The position numbers and the translations under genes are program-made. A stretch of 64,000 nt of DNA from a virus (taxonomy: Duplodnaviria; Heunggongvirae; Uroviricota; Caudoviricetes): IMG/VR virus record IMGVR_UViG_2925939204_000001; one strand, written 5' to 3'. The notes under the pieces were generated by a model. The model was given only the letters and a program-made list of their open reading frames with translations. It had not been told where the DNA came from and did no database searches. Positions within the stretch are counted from its first letter, which is position 1, and each line of letters begins with the position of its first letter. Shown here in pieces: positions 57,007 through 64,000 of this stretch.

Positions 57007-57747
57007 TTGAATATGAAAAATTATACTGCTGATCCGTTTATGCGTGCGATTTTCGGTTCTGGCTGCTTTGAAAGCGGTGATAAATCCACTCAGGACAATA
57101 ATGATAACGCCATGCTGGAAAGCGCAGGACAGAAAGGAAAGGACACTCAACCAAAGCCCAAAGACGACATTGAAACCGCGATGATGGAAGCGGTTGAATC
57201 CCGTGCACAAGGTGATATGCGCAGCCTGGCAGCGTCCATGCTTGCTGGTTGGGTTGAAGATGGTGATCCGGAGGCTGACTCATTTGATGCATTAGCAATC
57301 ACTATGGCTGGCCTGGCTGATATCGATGAAGGCACCGATTTCACCGATGAACAAATCGATGCTTATAACGATGCTCTCGCAGCTCTTGCTGATGCAGCTG
57401 TTGCGCTTGGCGCTGATCAGGACGATGTAACCGAAATGATCGACGATGAAGATGACTCAGCTGCCGAACGTGTTTATGACGCTCTTTCCGAAAGCGACAC
57501 CGACATGATGGAAACAGCTATTGCCATTTACACCGTTGCTGGTGGTGATAGCGCAATGCTGGAAGCGGTACGTAAAAAAGTGGTTCGTGATGGCAAGGTT
57601 ACCATCATCCGTAAACGCCCGCGTCCTCGCCGCATGACGTCATTGCAAAAACAGGCGCTGAAAAAAGCACGCCGCAAAGCACATACATCCGTAGCGAATA
57701 TCAACCGCAAAAAATCAATGCGCATTCGCAAAAAACGCGGTTTGTAA
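57007..57747 (+). CDS. acidic protein with basic C-terminal tail (246 aa)
   Basis: Asp/Glu-rich body and KKARRKAH...RKKRGL tail; in structural cluster. Confidence 0.5.
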   Translation: MNMKNYTADPFMRAIFGSGCFESGDKSTQDNNDNAMLESAGQKGKDTQPKPKDDIETAMMEAVESRAQGDMRSLAASMLAGWVEDGDPEADSFDALAITMAGLADIDEGTDFTDEQIDAYNDALAALADAAVALGADQDDVTEMIDDEDDSAAERVYDALSESDTDMMETAIAIYTVAGGDSAMLEAVRKKVVRDGKVTIIRKRPRPRRMTSLQKQALKKARRKAHTSVANINRKKSMRIRKKRGL

Positions 57748-57795
57748 GTGACATAGGCCGCCTGCAAAGGTGGCCTCTACCTGGGAGAAATAGCT

Positions 57796-58392
57796 GTGTA
57801 TTGCGGAGCAAGTTTAGCTGATGGCATAAGCCCTTTTTTAAAGGTTTATATTATAAACGAGTCCAATACAGATATGGTGGTCGGCTATATTGGAGAAGGT
57901 TCGTCGGCGGAATTAGCATCACTATGGCAATCCCCATTTGAAGATAAAGCTATGGGAAGTTTGTTAGGCTCAATTAGTGAAGCAGCGTCATCATTTGCCA
58001 GCATAGTTCAAAATTTAAGTGGACTGACAAGCAAAAGCCGATTCAATTCCACGTTAATCTGGGAAGGACAACAGCCACCAGAGTTCAATCTTGTGCTGGA
58101 TTTCTTAGCAACATCCAATGCAAAAATTGAAGTTAATGACGCAATTACAACCTTATTGAAAATGGCCTCTCCAGAGTTAAATGACGTTGCGCCAATGGGA
58201 AGGATTCCTGAAACAGTCACAATTAATATTGGCAGAAACGTCCTGCTAACTGGCGTTGTTATCAAAAGCGTGAGTTACCAACTGGACGCCCCGCGCACAC
58301 CAGAAGGCTATTTCACTCATAACACGGTAACCCTGCAATGCAGCGGTAATACATCGATCAACCGTAGCAATATCTCATCTGTTTTTGTGTAG
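57796..58392 (+). CDS. putative virion protein
   Basis: ORF in structural cluster; true start possibly at internal Met. Confidence 0.45.
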   Translation: MYCGASLADGISPFLKVYIINESNTDMVVGYIGEGSSAELASLWQSPFEDKAMGSLLGSISEAASSFASIVQNLSGLTSKSRFNSTLIWEGQQPPEFNLVLDFLATSNAKIEVNDAITTLLKMASPELNDVAPMGRIPETVTINIGRNVLLTGVVIKSVSYQLDAPRTPEGYFTHNTVTLQCSGNTSINRSNISSVFV

Positions 58393-58400
58393 GAGTATTT

Positions 58401-58892
58401 ATGTCCGGTTTTGCAAATACAAAAGCCGATATGGCCTTTCTAAAATCCCGGTTTAATAAAAACCTGGCTGCAGGCGAAAAACTTATTGGTTCTGAATATT
58501 GGATGACCATTAAGGGTTACGAACATCTGTCTGTACTTGTTCGTTCCACTCAGTTACCAGAAATGACACGCGAAGATGTGGAGGATTACGCCCCTGGCGG
58601 CATGAAATTCAACCAGCACGGACCATTACGCAACTCTGGTGAATTTCAGGTCACATGCGCGGAAACTATCGAAGGCGCAGTTCTCGCCGCTGTAAAACAG
58701 ATGGTATACGGAAAAGAATATCTGGAAATTACCTTACAGGCGGCGGCTGAATCGAATAGCGGTAACCATAAAGGTCTGATCCGCACATATTCTCATTGCA
58801 AAGTGTATTCCGACGCCGTGGACTTCTCATCCGAAGACGTAACGGCGGTCGTTAAACCTTCCCTGCGCATTGTTTACAACTGGGCGGAATAA
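58401..58892 (+). CDS. putative tail tube-size protein (163 aa)
   Basis: Size and position downstream of the sheath-like gene. Confidence 0.4.
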   Translation: MSGFANTKADMAFLKSRFNKNLAAGEKLIGSEYWMTIKGYEHLSVLVRSTQLPEMTREDVEDYAPGGMKFNQHGPLRNSGEFQVTCAETIEGAVLAAVKQMVYGKEYLEITLQAAAESNSGNHKGLIRTYSHCKVYSDAVDFSSEDVTAVVKPSLRIVYNWAE

Positions 58893-58946
58893 TCCCTATC
58901 CCGCCCTTGTGGCGGGAACATCCTTGTTATTGAGTTGTAGGCAACA

Positions 58947-59498
58947 ATGACACCAATTGAATTATTAGAAAGCGTTAAAGAGCGATTTAATCCGCTGCTT
59001 GTGCGTGAAGAAGAAACGTTGAAAGCATTCCTGATCAAAGCTCTGACCACGTATCAGGACAGGGCAGGGGTAGTGAAAACGTTAAAACTTGAAAAAGCTG
59101 GTGGTACTGCAATCCCGTTGCCAGAAGATTATCTCTCTTTGGTTCATGTTACCGACAACAACGGCTTGTTGGTCTATTCGGATGAATTATCCGGATTTAT
59201 TGAATTAGAACTAACAGGTTCAGAACGCTGGCCTTTTCGAATGCTGTATCTGGTTAATCTACGCGACAGAGAGCTGGATGAATGGCAAGTGCCTCCTGCA
59301 ATCATTGGAATGCTGGAGGAATATCTGGAGGCGCTTATCAATGTAAGAAATGTCGCCCGGCAGCGTAGAGCGTCCATCGACGGGAAATTTGACTACTCCG
59401 ATCTGCCCGATGAAGCCACGCTATATGCCCGCGTGCAGGAGATTGAGGAAAAAATGTCCTCAAACCGGGCCATTATTCCGGGGGCTACCATTTTTTAA
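58947..59498 (+). CDS. putative virion protein (183 aa)
   Basis: ORF in structural cluster. Confidence 0.45.
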   Translation: MTPIELLESVKERFNPLLVREEETLKAFLIKALTTYQDRAGVVKTLKLEKAGGTAIPLPEDYLSLVHVTDNNGLLVYSDELSGFIELELTGSERWPFRMLYLVNLRDRELDEWQVPPAIIGMLEEYLEALINVRNVARQRRASIDGKFDYSDLPDEATLYARVQEIEEKMSSNRAIIPGATIF

Positions 59499-59513
59499 CG
59501 CTGGAGGCGCAGA

Positions 59514-60221
59514 GTGAGTATTTTCAGCAGCGTTGGTAGAACGTTGACCACCGCATTGTCATTTAACACGAAATCATTCACCAGCAACCTCATTAGCGAC
59601 ATTCTTGATAAAGCCATATCAGGCGGCGGGGTAAGCGGGAATTACAGTAGCGATATTGCCTACGGGAAAAATATTGTTGCTGCCGCTATGCGTATCCGTT
59701 ACGCCCAGGGGTGGCAGTGGACCGTTGAAGTGGATGGTCTGAACGGCTTCGATATGTTCGTGAAGGATATCACCTACAGCAGTGGGAACATCGAGACAGA
59801 AAGCAAGGTGATCGGCAGCGTAGAATTCAGCAAGCCAACCTATGTTAGCGCCGGACCGGTCACTATGACCGTGAGGGATACCGAAGATGGCAAGATCATG
59901 GACTGGTTCAAAGAGCGTCGTTCTCGTGTAACAAATCCTGATGGAACAATAAACCTTCCTCCGGAATATCTGATGAAAATCCGTGTCTACCGGGTAACTC
60001 AGGACGGCGGAAAAGAACTGGAAGAAGAAATGCGCGTATTTCCTACTCAACTTGGGGAAATCACCCGCTCACGTGATCAGGTGTCAGAGTTCTTGTCATA
60101 CCCAATCACTTTCCAGAAATACACATCCGCAGGCTCAGGTGTTTCTGCTTTGGTCAACGGTGCCGCTGGCATGGCTACAAGTGCGTTAAAGGGGGCTGTG
60201 AGTGGAGTGATCAAATTCTGA
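59514..60221 (+). CDS. putative virion protein (235 aa)
   Basis: ORF in structural cluster. Confidence 0.45.
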   Translation: MSIFSSVGRTLTTALSFNTKSFTSNLISDILDKAISGGGVSGNYSSDIAYGKNIVAAAMRIRYAQGWQWTVEVDGLNGFDMFVKDITYSSGNIETESKVIGSVEFSKPTYVSAGPVTMTVRDTEDGKIMDWFKERRSRVTNPDGTINLPPEYLMKIRVYRVTQDGGKELEEEMRVFPTQLGEITRSRDQVSEFLSYPITFQKYTSAGSGVSALVNGAAGMATSALKGAVSGVIKF

Positions 60222-60299
60222 ATAGCTTTAATTATGTGTGCTGGAGGGTTGCTCATTTCCCGTCAGCACCCACGACCTCAACGATAGCGGGTAGGGAAG

Positions 60300-60606
60300 G
60301 TAGCGCAATGTTGAGGGCATTTTTTACATCATCAATCCATCAGCAATGAAGGCATTCTTTACATATTTCAATAATATCAATCAGTTAACACAGTGAATGA
60401 TAATAAAAAAGCGCAATAAGAATGCACGATACGCACGATATTGGTTGAGGGCGATTTTTACATAATCCTTACATATCAATATGTTATATAAAAACACAAC
60501 TTGCTAATAACGAGATACATGCAATTAAGATGTAAAAATTGCCCTCAATTGCCGATCGTTAAGGGCAAATTCTACACCTTGAGAGGGGTGTAAAAATTGC
60601 CCTTAA
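60300..60606. repeat. incA-like iteron array downstream of repA
   Basis: About six 19-bp units related to TTGAGGGCAAATCTTACACC in both orientations. Confidence 0.55.
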
Positions 60607-61391
60607 GACTGCTGATAGGTAAATTTTATCCTGGTAACTTTGCCGCCTTCCGTCACCTCTGAGAAGACTATTTTCATTTTTGTATTTTTTTCAATCTCTG
60701 CTACAGCCTTCGTTAAAAAACTTCTCTTAAATTCGGCATACCGCTGATAGCTTTTTGGTAACCCATAACGCTCCCGCATCCATTCGACGCCAAGTATGGC
60801 AAAGCCGCTTCCATCATCCTTCCTGTACTGGCATAAGGACTCATAAAGCCGCATAGAATAAGGATTTGTAAGGCGAGATACTTCGGTAAAATTCAGCCTT
60901 GTGAATCTCTTATCAAGCAGAGTAAAAAACGGCATGAGATATGGATTAAGATGAATAATGTAAGTCCCGCGCCGTGGTGAATAGGCATCCTTAATCATCC
61001 AGGGATAAGACTCATAACTGTCTTCTGATTCGGTCGATTCATCAGGGTTATATATCGTAACTTTCTTCTCGCTAAGACCTGAAATGGCCTTACGAATATC
61101 CTTGCTGGCTTCAGCAGAGGGCAAATTATACATCTCTGCATATTCGTTGACCGTCAACTCACAGGCACCTGAACCAAGAACGCCATCCTTAGAAGCATAG
61201 CGAAGTCTTCCCACCACAATAAACAACAGTCGCTTTTGGTCGCGAGTCAGGTGATAAGCAGCCTCCGTGATCTCATTGGCTTGTGCCAGACTACGACTAA
61301 TAGGTGTCGCTGACTCAATCAGGCTGACGGCTTTTGCTGTTAATTCCGCTCTGTTCATAACCCTGTGTGATCCTTCAAATGGTGAGGGCAA
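60603..61391 (-). CDS. repA: iteron-binding plasmid replication initiator RepA
   Basis: ORF bracketed by iteron arrays on both sides as in the P1 R replicon; probable real start at internal Met (MNRAELTA...) since the first iteron overlaps the upstream codons. Confidence 0.7.
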   Translation of the reverse strand: MPSPFEGSHRVMNRAELTAKAVSLIESATPISRSLAQANEITEAAYHLTRDQKRLLFIVVGRLRYASKDGVLGSGACELTVNEYAEMYNLPSAEASKDIRKAISGLSEKKVTIYNPDESTESEDSYESYPWMIKDAYSPRRGTYIIHLNPYLMPFFTLLDKRFTRLNFTEVSRLTNPYSMRLYESLCQYRKDDGSGFAILGVEWMRERYGLPKSYQRYAEFKRSFLTKAVAEIEKNTKMKIVFSEVTEGGKVTRIKFTYQQS

Positions 61392-61500
61392 TTTTTACAC
61401 CACTTTGAGGGCAATTACTACACCTTTTGAGGGCAAATCTTACACCTTCTGAGGGCAAATCTTACACCGATCGTATTTAATTGAGGGCAAATCTTACACC
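61383..61500. repeat. incC-like iterons (5 direct copies of TGAGGGCAA(A/T)TNTTACACC)
   Basis: Five ~19-bp direct repeats at roughly 22-23 bp spacing immediately upstream of repA. Confidence 0.65.
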
Positions 61501-61660
61501 AGCCTCCTCTACAGCCCGCGCCACTACTGGCCCCAGCGACGCCTAAAAAGGATCTAAAAAGGATTAAAAATGGAAAAAGGTTTATAAAAATACTCTGTGG
61601 ATATGTGAGTAGCGTCACTTAAGGTGTAAAAATCACCCTCAATAATCGCTTCTCGACCGG
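61500..61660. other. putative plasmid origin region (oriR-like)
   Basis: AT-rich segment with GATC sites, DnaA-box-like TGTGGATAT and one inverted iteron, adjacent to incC-like iterons. Confidence 0.4.
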
Positions 61661-61746
61661 CAAAGATCTTCATTCAATCCCCATCGCAAATCACACACTC
61701 CCTATCCTCTGGAAAATGAACAGATACCTGCTTTTCGGAGGAATAA

Positions 61747-62568
61747 TTGAACATTCCAAAATTCCCATTGCCTTCCCGTCCTGAGACAGAAATTCAGTTC
61801 CACGCCCCTACCGTGAAGGATGCGCTGAAATATTCTGACCTGAACCCGGCAGAAGATGAGGCAACGACTACAGAGTACCTTAACTCTATGCAGGATGGTG
61901 AAATTAACGACAGTGCTAACTGGACAGTTCAGGACCGCAGAACTGCTCTTTGGTGGATATTTGTTAATTCGCGCCCCGATGCAGTAATGACCTACTCCTA
62001 TGAGTGCAGTCACTGCGGTAATACGCATCATGCAGATATTAACCTGAGCGACCTGGCCCAAACAGTAGAAATACTCACTGTACCTCCTTACGTGAAAACC
62101 AACGTACCAGTAAATGGAGTACCAACTGACTGGATACTTAAACCATTAACCGGGAAAGGCGCGGAACTCCTTGAACGAATGCGAGCGTCACTTCCTGATA
62201 TGAAAACTCCCGAATACAGTGCTGGCGTAGCACGGATGCGAATTGCTGAACTCGCTTTATGCACGGCGCTTGAAGACGATCCGGAGGACTTCACGCAGGC
62301 CGCTAACCGACGCTTTGACATCATTGAAAGCATGGCGCTTGAAACCGAATTTACCCCGCTTGTGGCTCGCATACAGCTTATGCAAAAAGACCTACGCCAC
62401 GGCCTGAAAATGTCTATTGAGAGAGGCTCAAGCCGACTGATCCTGCCTCCGCAACATTGCAAAAACGCTAAGGAGGGTGCAGATGTGACAACCACACTGT
62501 ACGTCCCCTTTCTCAATAGAGAGTTTATCCCATCAATTAGATCTGAATGGATGGCTAACCATTATTAA
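61747..62568 (+). CDS. hypothetical protein (273 aa)
   Basis: Complete ORF next to the origin. Confidence 0.5.
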   Translation: MNIPKFPLPSRPETEIQFHAPTVKDALKYSDLNPAEDEATTTEYLNSMQDGEINDSANWTVQDRRTALWWIFVNSRPDAVMTYSYECSHCGNTHHADINLSDLAQTVEILTVPPYVKTNVPVNGVPTDWILKPLTGKGAELLERMRASLPDMKTPEYSAGVARMRIAELALCTALEDDPEDFTQAANRRFDIIESMALETEFTPLVARIQLMQKDLRHGLKMSIERGSSRLILPPQHCKNAKEGADVTTTLYVPFLNREFIPSIRSEWMANHY

Positions 62569-62622
62569 CAACCTGACTCTGTATGGATATCAGCCCGTTA
62601 GTGACGTTGAACAATTGCCACA

Positions 62623-64000
62623 ATGGCGAGCACTCCATATGTCAAAAGCCCTGGAAGAAAAATACAAAGCTCAAGCCGGGAAACGTTGATCGCCGCTGGC
62701 AAAAGAGAGGTTATTTTGAAAGAGAATAAAGACCGTATCGCAATAATTGACGCTATTCAGGGGGCGAGCACAAACGAACTTAACGCTCTTGCTGAGATCA
62801 AAGACGCCATTCTCTCTGGTAGAGGGTCTATAACTCAACTTGGTGAAAATCAAGGTAATGTAAGTCAAAGACTATCCCGTAGACTCATAGCAAGCGAACC
62901 CTATGTCTCTGATGATGCCAAGAATACCCAAGCTAACCCATATATAAAACGCCTTCCGATGAAAAAAGGGAGGACGCAGATCAACAACGGAGAAGAACGT
63001 CTCATTGTTGCAACCAACACATCAGAGCGCGTTCATTTTGCGTCATCACGCCAGTCAGCCCAAAAGTTGAAAGGTTCTGTGCCAGTAGCCGCTAATTCTG
63101 CTCCTCTTGAACCACAATCCCCCCAAAGCCAAAAAGGACCGCTTCGGGATAGTAACGGACGCTTTGTATCCCAGAAAAACAACGAAGATATAGCCAGAAA
63201 AAAAGAATGGCAGAAAGCACGTAAGGCTGACGCCAAACTACAAGAAGGCTTCCTCCGAAAATTAGGCTCCATTATAGGGGTAGATGGCAATCAGTCTTCC
63301 AGTGAAGAGTCTTTAACAGATGCCGCAGGTGTTGGCGCTGGTGGTCCGTTGTGGATGGCTGCTCGCGGCATGTACGACATTACTAAAGAGATCACAGGTA
63401 AAGCAGAATCTCTTAAAGAATGGGTAGAAAAGGGGAAAGGTGAGGCTTCACCTTCGAAAGCGACATCTCCAGCTATCACTTATCCGGCGGTGGTGAACAC
63501 TCAAAAAGCAACCTCTGCAACAGCATTTAATACTGCTGTTGAGACAAAATCAGCACAAGCAGTAGAAGAGCAAACAAAAATTCTTCAGACCAATGACAAC
63601 AAAATCATTGATGGTCTGGAAAATGTCTCCGACGAAGTAGTTAAGCTACGCAAATCAGTATCTTCTGGGGATAAGTTCGGCTTAAGTGATCTCTGGAAAA
63701 ATCGAGCAAGCAGAAGAAATAAAATCAATATTGGCGATCAGGCTGGTAAAAATAAACGGAACAAACCGAAAAGGAAAGGTCGCAATCTGGGGAAAAAAGC
63801 CCTTTCTGTTGGTGAAAAAGCCGCTGCCGGAACCGCTGCTGCTGGAGCTGGTGCCGGAGCTGCAAAGGCTGTTAAAACAAAGGTTAGTAAAGCCAAAGAC
63901 ATCAGCACCACAAGCGACGCATCTAAGGGTATTGCTAAAGAAACAAAAAACACAACAAAGGCAGTTAAGCCAGCAGGTGTTGTTGCCGAAGAGGCCACAA
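62623..64000 (+). CDS. hypothetical protein, 3'-truncated by window end (Ala/Gly/Lys-rich C-terminal region)
   Basis: Open frame from ATG 62623 to the window edge with no stop; absent from the ORF track for that reason; antisense ORFs in the track look spurious. Confidence 0.5.
   Translation, partial: MASTPYVKSPGRKIQSSSRETLIAAGKREVILKENKDRIAIIDAIQGASTNELNALAEIKDAILSGRGSITQLGENQGNVSQRLSRRLIASEPYVSDDAKNTQANPYIKRLPMKKGRTQINNGEERLIVATNTSERVHFASSRQSAQKLKGSVPVAANSAPLEPQSPQSQKGPLRDSNGRFVSQKNNEDIARKKEWQKARKADAKLQEGFLRKLGSIIGVDGNQSSSEESLTDAAGVGAGGPLWMAARGMYDITKEITGKAESLKEWVEKGKGEASPSKATSPAITYPAVVNTQKATSATAFNTAVETKSAQAVEEQTKILQTNDNKIIDGLENVSDEVVKLRKSVSSGDKFGLSDLWKNRASRRNKINIGDQAGKNKRNKPKRKGRNLGKKALSVGEKAAAGTAAAGAGAGAAKAVKTKVSKAKDISTTSDASKGIAKETKNTTKAVKPAGVVAEEAT

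Noticed and set aside
60300-61500. Regularly repeated ~19-bp units that could be mistaken for a CRISPR array
   Set aside because: Repeats flank a Rep initiator gene, occur in both orientations with irregular spacers and no cas genes; they are plasmid iterons.

Overview
This 64-kb window is a contiguous piece of a P1-family temperate phage / phage-plasmid. The most diagnostic element is an exact rox recombination site (TAACTTTAAATAAT-TGGC-ATTATTTAAAGTTA, 8102-8133) just upstream of a Cre-family tyrosine recombinase that reads as Dre, so the element is phage D6 or a close D6-like relative rather than P1 itself. Recognisable backbone genes: a cluster of five tRNAs, pacA/pacB terminase, phd-doc, humD, hot, ref, hrdC-dmt, an iteron-type RepA replicon, overlapped Rz/Rz1-like spanins, baseplate/sheath/head-type virion genes, and a long leftward operon of small pmg-type genes. 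Accessory content worth a second look: a group II intron (RT/maturase) inserted directly at the LexA box of humD; a higBA toxin-antitoxin followed by a second HigA-like HTH gene and a visibly AT-rich membrane-protein gene (candidate defence or abortive-infection module); a host-type glutaminyl-tRNA synthetase gene between dmt and two tandem partition systems (ParF/ParG-like and ParM/ParR-like); two immI-like icd-ant modules sharing a ~635-bp near-identical 3' segment but with different N-terminal domains; a ~700-bp internal duplication in the pmg operon; a ClpX zinc-finger-only small protein; and a recurring operator-like motif (TTTTCTAACA core) in at least nine promoter regions. No rRNA, CRISPR array or IS transposase was seen. 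All calls are from reading the sequence and ORF translations; no database search was run, and virion-gene assignments in particular are tentative.
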